Shown: positions 29,444 to 39,748 of the stretch, in pieces
Layout of the letters: the number at the start of each line of letters is the position of its first letter
Position numbering within the stretch: the first letter of the stretch is position 1
NCBI GenBank assembly: GCA_965116925.1
Contig: OZ220744.1
Location: 6,379,757-6,443,756 of the forward strand
Direction of reading: 5' to 3'
DNA length: 64,000 bases
Source of the DNA: Candidatus Poribacteria bacterium
Lineage (GTDB): Bacteria > Poribacteria > WGA-4E > PCPOR2b
Position numbers and translations under genes: made by a program
The notes under the pieces: model-generated
Seen by the model: the letters and a program-made list of their open reading frames with translations, nothing else
What the model was told of the DNA's origin: nothing
The model's database searches: none

Positions 29444-30394
29444 ATGAAATTACTTGTTGCTTCATCATGGTCCCAAGAGCGACTCGAAGAGGCACAGAAA
29501 ACCTTTCCCGAAGTCCAGTTCACCGTCGCTGCCGACCAAGATGATATTCTGCGCGAAATTGTTGACGCTGAAGCTGTTTTCGGCGCAATCAATCGGGAAG
29601 CCTTTCTCGCAGCCAAACAGTTGAAGTGGATCCAAAATACAGGTGCCGGAGTAGAAAGATTGGCGAGAATCTCTGAGATAGCAGAGAGCGATGTCACTGT
29701 TACCAACACTCGTGGTTCTCACGCTGCCACAATCGCCGAGCACGGTTTTGGATTGTTGATTAGCCTTACACGCCAATTACCAAGTCTTTTGGACGCACAA
29801 CGCGAACACAACTGGACACGTCCATTCAGCGGGCCTCAGGTCGGCTTGACCGGTTTGACGCTGGGAGTGGTTGGCATGGGCAATATCGGTCGTGCCATTG
29901 CTAAGCGCGGCCACGGCTTTGATATGGAGGTCATTGGGGTTGACATCAACGAAGTGCCCAAGCCCGATTTTGTGGCTGAACTGAGTTTGTTGGACGGACT
30001 CGACGATCTGATGCGACGTTCAGATGTCGTGGCAGTTGCCGCCCCTATCACACCAGAAACCGCCGGGATGCTCGGTCCTGAACAGCTCAGACTCATGAAG
30101 CCGACAGCCTACCTGATAGTTGTTTCGCGGGGAGGTATTATAGACGAAGATACGCTCATGCAGATGCTGAACGATGGGCAGCTTGCCGGTGCTGGATTGG
30201 ATGTTACGGCGATAGAACCGCTGCCCGAAGACAGTCCGCTTTGGGATACGCCGAACTTGCTGATAACCCCACACTGTTCTGGAGGTTCCTCCCAGACCGC
30301 TGCTGCGGGCAAAGCCATTTTTTATGACAATTTACGGCGATACCTCGCCAAAGAGCCGCTCACGAATTTGGTCGATCTGAAGCGGGGATTCTAA
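29444..30394 (+). CDS. D-isomer-specific 2-hydroxyacid dehydrogenase (NAD-binding)
   Basis: GVVGMGNIGRAIAKR Rossmann motif and a catalytic His region. Confidence 0.85.
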   Translation: MKLLVASSWSQERLEEAQKTFPEVQFTVAADQDDILREIVDAEAVFGAINREAFLAAKQLKWIQNTGAGVERLARISEIAESDVTVTNTRGSHAATIAEHGFGLLISLTRQLPSLLDAQREHNWTRPFSGPQVGLTGLTLGVVGMGNIGRAIAKRGHGFDMEVIGVDINEVPKPDFVAELSLLDGLDDLMRRSDVVAVAAPITPETAGMLGPEQLRLMKPTAYLIVVSRGGIIDEDTLMQMLNDGQLAGAGLDVTAIEPLPEDSPLWDTPNLLITPHCSGGSSQTAAAGKAIFYDNLRRYLAKEPLTNLVDLKRGF

Positions 30395-30396
30395 AG

Positions 30397-30527
30397 TGAA
30401 ACGTGATGCGTGAAACGTGAAAACCGTTTGTTGATGAACTCGTGAATTCGTTGGCGCAGTCGAGCTAGGAAACTCGACCTGCGGGGCTCAAAAAAGACAG
30501 CGCAACATGCAAAGAAAAACCGAGTGT
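30397..30527. repeat. Family H heptamer string (GTGAAACGTGATGCGTGAAACGTGAAAACCG) plus an ATGAACTCGTGAATT module, then a half copy of family P (GGCTCAAAAAAGACAGCGCAACATGCAAAGAAAAACCGAGTGTTTT)
   Basis: It starts right after the stop codon of the 2-hydroxyacid dehydrogenase gene. Composite of two repeat families seen elsewhere in the window. Confidence 0.55.
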
Positions 30528-30528
30528 T

Positions 30529-31413
30529 TTACATTAAGGCCGCACCGGGAAATGTACCCCAAGGGACCGCTTTTGCCTCGCCCTCATAGACCGGCAGGAA
30601 TTCCTGTGTGATGTGTCGCGTCTGTTCAACCCAGTCAGCCCACTCTGATCTGCTGGTGATGTGGTCGCGGATTAGTGCCTTAACTTCGGCGGGCATGTCG
30701 TCATAGGCGGGCCAATACCAGATTGTGAGCACTGTGCGGCGTTGGTCGGTCTGGTTGGCACGGGCGGAATGCAACAGACGCGAGTCGCCGACAACAACAT
30801 CGCCAGCGCGAACTGGCACGTTAACCTCATCCTCAATCTGTTGGAAGGCGAGATGATCCATATCGGTTGCGCGGGTTACAGTGTCGTCGTCCCTCGGTCG
30901 CATATCGTGCAGCGCGTGGCGTTTCAGGTGAGAGCCGGGAATCAAACGCAAACAGCCGTTGTGTATATTCGTGTCGACCAAATAGTACATCAGGAAATAC
31001 TGCTGCGGTTGATTGGTGTAGCTGATGGGGTGTTCCCACAACACCCCGTCTTGGTGCCAGTATAACGGTGGGCTGTGCGGAGGCTTGCTGATCACAAAGC
31101 CGCTCCAGAATTTAGGGAAGTCAAATCCCAATTCACCGAAGACCGCCATCGCACCAGGATCAATAAGGAGTTCGGTGAAGACTGGATGGGGGCAAGTCCA
31201 GTAGGGAATGATGCACCCCTGTGAACGGTGCTGCTCAAAGTGCTCCTCATCCTGTTGCGCGATCATCCATTCGCTCATGGCATTTAGCTTTGCTACCATC
31301 TCCGGTGCTATTACATTCTCGAAGACGCAGAAACCATCCCGCATGAGTTGATCTCGTTTCTCCTTAGCGATGATTGGCATTGATGGTTCTCCTTTCGTGT
31401 TAGCAGATTCCAT
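30529..31413 (-). CDS. PhyH-family dioxygenase
   Basis: LMRDGFCVF and WHQDG (H-x-D) motifs. Confidence 0.65.
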   Translation of the reverse strand: MESANTKGEPSMPIIAKEKRDQLMRDGFCVFENVIAPEMVAKLNAMSEWMIAQQDEEHFEQHRSQGCIIPYWTCPHPVFTELLIDPGAMAVFGELGFDFPKFWSGFVISKPPHSPPLYWHQDGVLWEHPISYTNQPQQYFLMYYLVDTNIHNGCLRLIPGSHLKRHALHDMRPRDDDTVTRATDMDHLAFQQIEDEVNVPVRAGDVVVGDSRLLHSARANQTDQRRTVLTIWYWPAYDDMPAEVKALIRDHITSRSEWADWVEQTRHITQEFLPVYEGEAKAVPWGTFPGAALM

Positions 31414-31419
31414 TTGAGT

Positions 31420-32157
31420 CTATTGGGGTTTCACCACAGCTTTCCTCGCGGTCGCCTCGGTCGTATGGTGGTTCCAACCGCGCAACACCAAATTCTCACT
31501 AAACTGGTAGAGGTCCTCCTTCCGATCCTTGCCGGAAAACATCCTCGCAATAACTACCTTCCTCGGCTTCTCAGAGCGGTTGGACTGTGAGCCGTGTACG
31601 ATAAAGTAATCAAAGAAGGTAACATCACCGGGCTCGGCTTCAATCACCGTGGCACCTTCAAATGGAAACTTTTCGTGAAATTCAGGATCAACCGCCTTTG
31701 AGCTCTCCATTCGTCCCTGTTTATGTGATCCGGGGTAGACCCTTAGACATCCTATTTCTTCAGTCGCTTCGCTGACGTGAATCATTCCGGCGATCATGGT
31801 GTTCTTTTGGGTTGGCAGGTAACTCCAGTCTTGGTGCATCTTGAAGGGGGGTTCTCCGGTTGTCTGTCGCTTCTCAAAGAGTGTCGAATGGTTGAGGACG
31901 ATGTCGGGACCGATGAACTGTTCAACAATGTCGAGGAACCCTTTGTGAAGCAGGGCTGTCAGCCATAGACTAGAATACTGCTGCACATTACGCGTGGAGA
32001 TGACGCCATTATGATTTGGATCGTCTTCATTGGGTTTTTCGAGTTGTCCCACAATTCGATCAAACTCGCTCTCAAGTGTGCTTATCTCATCTGCTGAGAA
32101 AACACCTTTTGCCAAGTAGTAGCCGTTCTCATCGAAAAAGGTTTGGATCTTGCTCAT
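31420..32157 (-). CDS. PhyH-family dioxygenase
   Basis: FDENGYYLAKGVF and MHQDWS motifs. It follows the previous paralogue with a 6-nt gap. Confidence 0.65.
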   Translation of the reverse strand: MSKIQTFFDENGYYLAKGVFSADEISTLESEFDRIVGQLEKPNEDDPNHNGVISTRNVQQYSSLWLTALLHKGFLDIVEQFIGPDIVLNHSTLFEKRQTTGEPPFKMHQDWSYLPTQKNTMIAGMIHVSEATEEIGCLRVYPGSHKQGRMESSKAVDPEFHEKFPFEGATVIEAEPGDVTFFDYFIVHGSQSNRSEKPRKVVIARMFSGKDRKEDLYQFSENLVLRGWNHHTTEATARKAVVKPQ

Positions 32158-32535
32158 GGTCGAAGCCTCCTTGTAAACACAATCTCAACCCCTAAATTTC
32201 CCCGAAATTAATAGATCTTGCGTCCGCCTTTGAAGAGTGGTAACATATCTTTGCTGTGGGCAGCTGTGACCAGATAGCATACCTCTGAACTGAGGACATA
32301 GCCCCAGCGCATACTGACATGGTTAGTCAGAAAATCTTCGGTTCAAAATGCAATTATACATAGGGTAAATTACGCGGTCAAGCGAAAACGGGAAAGTGGT
32401 TCAAGCATCACTTTAAAGCAGCTGACAGCACGGCATCGTTCGCTATAGATTAGGAAGGCGCTTCGTGCAATCATTGTGCGTATGGATTTTCGATAGTTTA
32501 GGTCAAATTGAATAGTATCTCTGAAAGGAAAACAA

Positions 32536-33516
32536 ATGCAAGGAATCATTAGAACCGGTGACGGAGGACCGGAGGTCTTGGAATTAGGGGAGGTTGCTGC
32601 CCCCACTCCTGGAGCCACACAACTGTTGATTGACGTAAAAGCAACCGCGCTCAATCGAGCGGATACCATACAACGGCAAGGGGGATATCCACCCCCGCCC
32701 GGCGAATCAGAAATCTTGGGCTTGGAGCTTGCCGGGGTTGTTGCAGCGTGGGGTGATGAAGTGGAAGGCTTCGAGCGAGGTGACCGCGTGTTCGGCCTGG
32801 TCGGCGGCGGTGCTTACGCAGAACAGGCGGTCATTGACTATCGCATGGCAATGCCAATTCCTGACGATTGGAGTTTTGAGAAGGCGGCGGCGGTCACGGA
32901 GGTCTTCTTTACCGCCAATGAGACGCTCTTCACCCTCGGCGGCTTGCGTGCTGGGGAATCGGTGCTCATTCATGCCGGTGGCAGCGGTGTGGGGACGGCG
33001 GGAACGCAGATGGCGCATCATGCGGGTGCTCATGTCTTTATCACAGCCGGTTCCGCAGAGAAAATTGAGAGAAGCAAGCAGCTCGGTTGTACAGAAGGCA
33101 TCAATTATAAGAAACAGGACTTCGCGGAAGAGATTATGCGACTGACAGATGGGGAAGGTGTGGAGTTGGTTCAAGACTTCATCGGTGCGCCGTATTTGGA
33201 ACGCAATCTCTCGATTCTCAAGACGCGAGGTCGTATGGTTATGGTTGGGTTGATGGGCGGTGCCGCTGCGGAACTTAATATGAGTCAAATCATGCGGAAA
33301 CGGCTACAAGTCTTCGGATCGGTGATGCGTCCGCAGTCGATTGAAGAGAAGATTGGGATTACGCAGCGTTTTGTTGACCGATGGCTTCCCCTGCTCAAAG
33401 AAGGAAAGATTCAACCGATTATTGATTGTGTGATGCCGTTATCGCAAGCTAGCGAAGCGCATGCGTATATGGAGGCGAATCGGAACTTCGGGAAGATTAT
33501 CCTGAAGGTGGATTGA
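32536..33516 (+). CDS. NADPH:quinone oxidoreductase (MDR superfamily, zeta-crystallin-like)
   Basis: GAGGSGVGTAG cofactor motif, 326 aa. Confidence 0.8.
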   Translation: MQGIIRTGDGGPEVLELGEVAAPTPGATQLLIDVKATALNRADTIQRQGGYPPPPGESEILGLELAGVVAAWGDEVEGFERGDRVFGLVGGGAYAEQAVIDYRMAMPIPDDWSFEKAAAVTEVFFTANETLFTLGGLRAGESVLIHAGGSGVGTAGTQMAHHAGAHVFITAGSAEKIERSKQLGCTEGINYKKQDFAEEIMRLTDGEGVELVQDFIGAPYLERNLSILKTRGRMVMVGLMGGAAAELNMSQIMRKRLQVFGSVMRPQSIEEKIGITQRFVDRWLPLLKEGKIQPIIDCVMPLSQASEAHAYMEANRNFGKIILKVD

Positions 33517-33546
33517 AGTGTCGGATAGGTGAGGGCACGACATCAT

Positions 33547-34674
33547 TCAATGACGCTGGATTGGGATGATGCGAACCGTTGCCGAGAATGTCTCATCCGG
33601 CGACAAGACAATCACCCCGGCGGGTATGCCTTTCGCTTCCAAATTGATGGCGTCTGTTGGGCAGGTGTACGGTTCAAAACAGATAGAGGACCGTCCCGGC
33701 GGTTTATAAACGACCAATTCCCTGAATTGGTCGTCCGATTCCAAAACCGTGCCGCGTCCGGTATCTTGGTTGTCAATGATACAACGACTGATGCCATCTG
33801 TCAGCTGAACGTCTGTAAAAACGTGGTCTAGTTCCGTATTGGCATAGGGTTGTCCATTTCGCAGATCCAACGCACCAGAAACGGGGTGTGTCGTTCCGGT
33901 TGGCACGAGTGCCTCATCAAGTTCCCAATATCTTGCGGTGGGGACAGTAATCATCGCCTGCGTTGCATCTGAGTCTGGAGCAAGGAGAGTGTGAAAATAG
34001 GGGTGGATGCCGAAACCCATCGGCATATTACGTGCGCCTGTATTGGTGATTGAAACATCCATTTTCAGACATAGTGTTGGTATCTCAGTGGACGACGCCG
34101 GTGCACCATTTGTCGGGCTAACCGGTCCTAGGGTGTAGGTAATCTGAATCTTAAAAGGAAACGGATATTGCCGACCAATATCTGGGAAATCGCGGGTGTC
34201 AAGTGAACAGACCAGTATCGCGCCATCCCTGCCGGCGATGGAACTTTCGACCTGATACGGTTGATTGAGCAGCAATCCATGAATAGAGGTCGGGGATTCG
34301 GGCGGTTTGTCAAATTGATAGGTTTCGCCTTCAAACGTAAACGTGCCCCCCCGGATGCGGTTTGGAAACGGAAACAAGATCGGATTGCCGTAAGCGGTAG
34401 GACGTTCTTTTAACATTGCGAGATCCGGCGGCGATTCTATTACGTCCATCCATCTATCGCCGTCGGCGACCTTAAAAAGGTAACAGTTATTTCCAAGTTC
34501 CGGCACAATTTCAGCAGCGGCGAGCCAATCCGATGGCTTGATATCTGGATTCTCATTAAAAGTTTTAATGTTTGTCGGCGGCGAACTCAAAGCATTCGGT
34601 GTGTGTGCACTAAGGTGATAAACTCGAAAATCGTCAACGGTTCTGTAACCTTCCGTATAGCTTAGATGCTCCAT
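33547..34674 (-). CDS. aldose 1-epimerase (mutarotase-fold) family protein
   Basis: NPILFPFPNRIRGGTFTFEGETY motif characteristic of the family. Confidence 0.6.
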   Translation of the reverse strand: MEHLSYTEGYRTVDDFRVYHLSAHTPNALSSPPTNIKTFNENPDIKPSDWLAAAEIVPELGNNCYLFKVADGDRWMDVIESPPDLAMLKERPTAYGNPILFPFPNRIRGGTFTFEGETYQFDKPPESPTSIHGLLLNQPYQVESSIAGRDGAILVCSLDTRDFPDIGRQYPFPFKIQITYTLGPVSPTNGAPASSTEIPTLCLKMDVSITNTGARNMPMGFGIHPYFHTLLAPDSDATQAMITVPTARYWELDEALVPTGTTHPVSGALDLRNGQPYANTELDHVFTDVQLTDGISRCIIDNQDTGRGTVLESDDQFRELVVYKPPGRSSICFEPYTCPTDAINLEAKGIPAGVIVLSPDETFSATVRIIPIQRH

Positions 34675-34740
34675 AGTGTCACCTGTATCTGCCTATATTG
34701 GAATCGTGAAGATGAAGAAGATAAGATGAAACGCTTTCCA

Positions 34741-35775
34741 TTATTCAGGACGCAACATCAACTTTACGCCCTCCCGTCTCTCAAAGAGATCAAATGCCTC
34801 CTGCCATTCGGAGATGTGCATTTCATGGGTGATTAACGCCTTGGTGGAAACCATGCCGTGTTCCATCAGTTTGAGTGCACGCTCCCATGCGGTCTTTTTC
34901 TGAGAGATGAAGCCCGTCACCTGAAGTTCCTTAAAGGCAATCTGTTCAAAGTCGATGTTGATTGGATTGCCGAACAAACCCATCTGCGTATATTTCCCAC
35001 GTTTGCGAGTCAGTTCGATGCCTAGGGGTGCTGCCGGTGCTGCCCCTGAGCATTCCAAGACAACATCGGCACCGTAGCCGCCCGTATGTGCCTTGATGAC
35101 TTCCACCGCATCTTCCTTTTCGACATCTATCGTTAGGTCTGCGCCAAGCTCAGCCGCACGTTTAAGCCGATTTGCATCAACGGATGTGCCGCACACAGCG
35201 ACAATGCCCCCTTCCGCCTTCGCGATTTGCAAACTGAGCAGTCCAATGGTTCCGGGACCAGTGATCGCGACAAAGTCGCCGGCGGAGACCTTCGTCTGCT
35301 CGATTACACCGTGGACACAGCAAGCGAGCGGCTCTGTCAATGATCCAGAGGTCAGGTCTACGTTTTCTGGAAGTTTGTGTAATCCGGTTTCGGGGGTGGT
35401 ACAATATTTTGCGAACGCCCCATTATGCCAATAACCGATAATCTCCCGGTGATTGCACAGGTTATAAAATCCTGAACGGCAATAGTCGCATCGTCCACAG
35501 ATCGAAAAGGTTGGCTCAACGGTCACGCGATCCCCGACCTTGACACGGCTAATTTCCGAACCGCACTCGATGATTGTACCGCTAAATTCGTGACCGATGA
35601 CAACCGGGGGACGCATCGGGAGGTTAATGTGATCGTGATGGATGTGCAGATCTGACCCACAAATCCCCGCGCTGTGCACCTTGATGAGCACTTCGTTGGC
35701 GTTAGGCTTCCGAACATCAACATCACGGAGTTCGGTGAATCCGTCACCACGCTGATATTTAACGACGCCTTTCAT
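34741..35775 (-). CDS. zinc-dependent alcohol dehydrogenase (threonine/sorbitol dehydrogenase-like)
   Basis: GICGSDLH, GHEFSGT and the structural-zinc cysteines CGRCDYC. Confidence 0.85.
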   Translation of the reverse strand: MKGVVKYQRGDGFTELRDVDVRKPNANEVLIKVHSAGICGSDLHIHHDHINLPMRPPVVIGHEFSGTIIECGSEISRVKVGDRVTVEPTFSICGRCDYCRSGFYNLCNHREIIGYWHNGAFAKYCTTPETGLHKLPENVDLTSGSLTEPLACCVHGVIEQTKVSAGDFVAITGPGTIGLLSLQIAKAEGGIVAVCGTSVDANRLKRAAELGADLTIDVEKEDAVEVIKAHTGGYGADVVLECSGAAPAAPLGIELTRKRGKYTQMGLFGNPINIDFEQIAFKELQVTGFISQKKTAWERALKLMEHGMVSTKALITHEMHISEWQEAFDLFERREGVKLMLRPE

Positions 35776-35789
35776 CAGAACAACTCCTT

Positions 35790-36614
35790 TTATGTTTTTC
35801 GATAGATCACCGGACAGTGTGTGGGTGTATCAATGAATGCCGTTAATCCACTCCGGAGGTTGTCAACCGGTCTAGATTTTTCCGTGCGTAGATGGACTGC
35901 AAAACTCCGCCGTGGTTTCCCTGAGAGATTGGGGCCACTGCCATGATATGTGAGATTATCGTGGAAACTAATACCGCCGGGGCAAAGAATGGCGGGGACT
36001 TCTTCCCAGCTTTCACCGTCGGGCACTTCAATCTCTTCGCGTTGTGCTTCGTGGTCTTGTCCATAGAAATCGCTATGACCGAGCAATCCCCACTTGTGCG
36101 AACCGCGGACAAATTTCATGGGTCCAGCTTCGGGGGTAACATCGCTGAGTGCAACCCATGCTGTGAGCAGTTCGCTACCTTCCTCCCACGCCTGCCAATA
36201 GTGGCGGTCCTGATGCCAGCCAATATTCGTGAATACAATTCCATCGGGGTCAGCGGGAGGTTTATAGAGGAGTTGTACCCACCACACCTGCACCATCTCG
36301 GCCCCTGTGACTTCAGCTGCCAATTTTCCGATCGATGACTGGCTGACTAGTTCCATAATCGCACGGTTTGCAATCTGAGACATCTCTATCTTGCATAGCT
36401 TCTTTGGATCATCACCGGGATTCCAAGCCGACGGACGTGGCGGCGTGCCTGTTTCGTATTCTCCCGCTCGGACCGCATCCATGCCTTTGATGGCGCGTTG
36501 AATGACTGCGTTATCAATAACCGGCTCCGGGAAAAGATAGAACCCATCCACCTTATATTTTGCACGTGCCGTAGAGGATGTTGGCGTTTGCATCAATGTT
36601 TCCTTCCTACTCAC
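35790..36614 (-). CDS. PhyH-family dioxygenase
   Basis: KVDGFYLF and GWHQDRH motifs. A 4-nt overlap with the upstream gene indicates translational coupling. Confidence 0.65.
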   Translation of the reverse strand: MSRKETLMQTPTSSTARAKYKVDGFYLFPEPVIDNAVIQRAIKGMDAVRAGEYETGTPPRPSAWNPGDDPKKLCKIEMSQIANRAIMELVSQSSIGKLAAEVTGAEMVQVWWVQLLYKPPADPDGIVFTNIGWHQDRHYWQAWEEGSELLTAWVALSDVTPEAGPMKFVRGSHKWGLLGHSDFYGQDHEAQREEIEVPDGESWEEVPAILCPGGISFHDNLTYHGSGPNLSGKPRRSFAVHLRTEKSRPVDNLRSGLTAFIDTPTHCPVIYRKT

Positions 36615-37459
36615 GATAGGTGAATCGACTTGAACGACTCAATTTGAGCGGTAATCGCACGTTCTGTCGGCAGACGTTCCGCACTTGATGCACCGTAGAA
36701 CCCGACGACCCCAGTTGTGTTGTCGAGGATATACTGGGCATCTTCCGGCTCGGCGATGGGACCACCGTGACAAATGACCAAGATTTCAGGGTTGACCGAC
36801 TTCGCTGCATCGTGGATAGCTTGCACCCGTTTGGCAGACTCTTCGAGCGTCAACGCCGTCTTTGCGCCGATACTACCCTTTGTTGTCAGTCCCATGTGGG
36901 CAACGAGGATGTCTGCGCCGGCATCTGCCATCTGTTCCGCCTCCGATTCCTTGAAGGCGTAGGGCGTTGTCAACATGCCGAGATTATGGGCGGTGCGAAT
37001 CATCTCCACCTCTGGTCCATACCCCATCCCCGTTTCTTCCAGATTTTGTCGAAATGTGCTATCAATTAAGCCCACAGTTGGGAAGTTCTGTACCCCAGAA
37101 AAGCCGATTGCGTCGATCTGTTTGAGGAATACATCCATTAGGCGAAACGGATCCGTCCCGCAGACACCTGCAAGCACGGGTATATTTTCAACAACCGGCA
37201 ACACTTCGCTCGCCATCTCAACCACAATCTGGTTCGCATCACCGTAGGGCATCATCCCCGCGAGCGATCCTCGACCTGCCATACGAAAACGGCCTGAGTT
37301 ATAAATCACGATGAGGTCTACACCGCCAGCCTCTTCACACTTGGCAGAGATACCGGTTCCTGCGCCTGCACCGATAATCGGTTTGCCTGCCTCAACGTTT
37401 GTGCGCAATCGGCTTAAAATATCTTCACGTTTGAATTTCATTTGCACCTCCAAATCCAT
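36611..37459 (-). CDS. TIM-barrel PEP-hydrolase-like protein (Tm-1 C-terminal-domain family)
   Basis: [49 protein letters not shown] closely matches the conserved N-terminus of that family. Confidence 0.5.
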   Translation of the reverse strand: MDLEVQMKFKREDILSRLRTNVEAGKPIIGAGAGTGISAKCEEAGGVDLIVIYNSGRFRMAGRGSLAGMMPYGDANQIVVEMASEVLPVVENIPVLAGVCGTDPFRLMDVFLKQIDAIGFSGVQNFPTVGLIDSTFRQNLEETGMGYGPEVEMIRTAHNLGMLTTPYAFKESEAEQMADAGADILVAHMGLTTKGSIGAKTALTLEESAKRVQAIHDAAKSVNPEILVICHGGPIAEPEDAQYILDNTTGVVGFYGASSAERLPTERAITAQIESFKSIHLS

Positions 37460-37546
37460 TTGGGATAAGTTACCTAGCCATTTATCGAGCGAATCCCCTT
37501 AAATTAAGCCGTGCGAGGGTTTCAAACTGTCGCACGGCGCAATACA

Positions 37547-38542
37547 CTACACCGGAAAAACCAGTTTTTGATCAAAAAAGACCTGACTCACGGAACGTCG
37601 CTGGTGAATCCTCAGAATTGCCTCAGCGAGAAGTGGGGCGATGGATAGGACTTGGATTTTGTTGCCAATCTGTTTCTCAGCAGGGACGGGAATCGTATTG
37701 GTGACAACAACCTCCTGAATTGAAGGGCGATTCAGACGTTCTAGCGCGGGCCCAACAAGCACCGGATGCGTAATACTAAGATACGCTGGCTTGGCACCCG
37801 CCTCGACGATGGCATCCGCCTGCTGGTAAATGCTTCCACTCGTTACGAGATCATCAATAATAATTGGGGTTTTGTTCACAACGTCACCGATGATTTCGGT
37901 GACAACCTTCACCTCTCTCCCACCAGTTCCGCTTCGGCGTTTGTGCATGACTGCCAGTGGCATGCCGAGCATATCGACGTACTTATCCGCTAGTTTTGCC
38001 CGACCGGCGTCGGGAGACACGATTACGCCGTCTTCAATCTGCTTCTCCTTAAAGTAATCTGCCAGTGTCGGCAGTGCGGTTAGGTGATCGGTAGGGATAT
38101 CGAAGAAACCTTGGATCTGTGCGGCGTGTAAATCGACAGAGACAACCCGATTCGCACCTGCGGTTGTGAGCAGGTTTGCTACTAGTTTCGCGCTAATCGG
38201 CTCTCGTCCTGTCGATTTGTGGTCTTGTCTGGCGTAGCCGAAATAGGGGATGACCGCAGTGATTTGTTGAGCAGAAGCGCGTTTCATCGCGTCAATTATG
38301 ACCAACAACTCCATTAGACTGTCGTTTGTCGGTGGGGATGTTGGCTGCACAATATAGATGTCAGCCCCCCGGATGCTTTCTTCAACTTGAGCGTGGGTTT
38401 CATCTCCGGGAAACGTGCTGACTGACATTTTCCCCAATTCAACCCCCAGAATTGTAGCGATCTCCTTCGCCAATTCCGGATTGGCACGCCCGGCAAAAAG
38501 CTGGAAATCGTCTTGAACTTCTCCATTGGTTATTGTGGACAT
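37547..38542 (-). CDS. prs: ribose-phosphate pyrophosphokinase. The start is taken at MSTITNGE, which has a GGAGG RBS; the ORF track extends to 38647.
   Basis: Conserved Prs N-terminus (FAGRANPELAKEIA) and a PRPP-binding loop. Confidence 0.9.
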   Translation of the reverse strand: MSTITNGEVQDDFQLFAGRANPELAKEIATILGVELGKMSVSTFPGDETHAQVEESIRGADIYIVQPTSPPTNDSLMELLVIIDAMKRASAQQITAVIPYFGYARQDHKSTGREPISAKLVANLLTTAGANRVVSVDLHAAQIQGFFDIPTDHLTALPTLADYFKEKQIEDGVIVSPDAGRAKLADKYVDMLGMPLAVMHKRRSGTGGREVKVVTEIIGDVVNKTPIIIDDLVTSGSIYQQADAIVEAGAKPAYLSITHPVLVGPALERLNRPSIQEVVVTNTIPVPAEKQIGNKIQVLSIAPLLAEAILRIHQRRSVSQVFFDQKLVFPV

Positions 38543-38594
38543 AAGGACCTCCATAAAGCATAATACGGTAGAAACAAACACGTTATTTTTCTCA

Positions 38595-39083
38595 TCACCA
38601 GTGATTCGTAATCTCTGGTGGGAAAGCACCGGATTCAATTTCAGCAATCAAATCTTGTAGTGCGTTTCTCGCTTGATTTGCCAGATCAGTCTGGATCCAA
38701 TTGTTCGCTATCGCTGACTCAAATTCATCTTCGTCTTCAACCTGATAGCTGCCATCCGGTGAAACCCACAGATCCAAAAATAAATCGGTTATTTCAAAAT
38801 GAGTGTCCAGTCGTTTCATCGGTAGGATGATGTCGCAGTAATGCCCCGTGAAATGGTCTTCAAGGTTATAGATTTTCCCAATATCATACCAGCGATTGGC
38901 GAAGACAAACCAAACTGCCCGGTAGTTATCCCCAAGAACAGTTACGCCATCAATGATGATTGGACTGGAAGGTTTGATGCGTTGCGTGGTGACAATAACG
39001 TCGTCGTCTTCGTAAAGTAGATTTTGCGGAAAGTGGTTTACGCGATTCGGTGGGCGTTTGTAAATCAGTTTGATTGTTTCCAT
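38595..39083 (-). CDS. DUF402-family protein (FomD-like nucleoside diphosphatase fold)
   Basis: HYCDIILP...LDLWVSPDGSYQVEDEDEFESAIANNWI pattern. It overlaps trpF by 19 nt. Confidence 0.5.
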   Translation of the reverse strand: METIKLIYKRPPNRVNHFPQNLLYEDDDVIVTTQRIKPSSPIIIDGVTVLGDNYRAVWFVFANRWYDIGKIYNLEDHFTGHYCDIILPMKRLDTHFEITDLFLDLWVSPDGSYQVEDEDEFESAIANNWIQTDLANQARNALQDLIAEIESGAFPPEITNHW

Positions 39084-39748
39084 TCGCGATCTACCTCTTT
39101 CACATTCTGAATAAATGTCCTTACTTTGACCGGATCTTTTCGCCCGGGACTCGCCTCGACGCGGCTGCTGACGTCAACACCATAGGGACGCACCTGCTGG
39201 ACAGCTGACCCAACGTTATCAGGATTGAGCCCACCTGCAAGAATGATTCGACCGTACTGTTTCGCCTTTACAGCGAGACGCCAATCAAACGCCACCCCTG
39301 TTCCGCCCATTTCTCCCTTGACATAGGTATCCAGCAGATATCCACTGACACGATAATCGGACAGATGGGAACAACTCGATTCATCTTTAACCCGTACTGC
39401 TTTGATGACCCTGCGATTGAACCCTTGACAGAATTGAGGGGATTCATCGCCGTGCAACTGTAGCGTGTCTAGATAACATTCGTCGGCGATTGACTGAATC
39501 AACTCCGGATCTGCGTTGACAAACAGTCCAACCGTTGTAATGAAAGGGGGAAGTTGTTCGATAATCTTTGTCGCAGCTTTTGTATCTTTGAGATAGCGGG
39601 GTGTATCGGGGACAAAGTTGAAGCCGAGAGCATCCGCACCCGCATCAATTGACATCAGCGCATCGTCAATATTAGTGATTCCACAAATCTTGATTCGCGT
39701 CAATTCGTTTCTCTCCCTTGTACCTACCCTACCGGATAACAATTTCAA
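39065..39748 (-). CDS. trpF: phosphoribosylanthranilate isomerase
   Basis: IKICGIT, LQLHGDE, LLDT..GGTG.AFDW and LAGGLNPDNV motifs. Confidence 0.9.
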   Translation of the reverse strand: MKLLSGRVGTRERNELTRIKICGITNIDDALMSIDAGADALGFNFVPDTPRYLKDTKAATKIIEQLPPFITTVGLFVNADPELIQSIADECYLDTLQLHGDESPQFCQGFNRRVIKAVRVKDESSCSHLSDYRVSGYLLDTYVKGEMGGTGVAFDWRLAVKAKQYGRIILAGGLNPDNVGSAVQQVRPYGVDVSSRVEASPGRKDPVKVRTFIQNVKEVDREWKQSN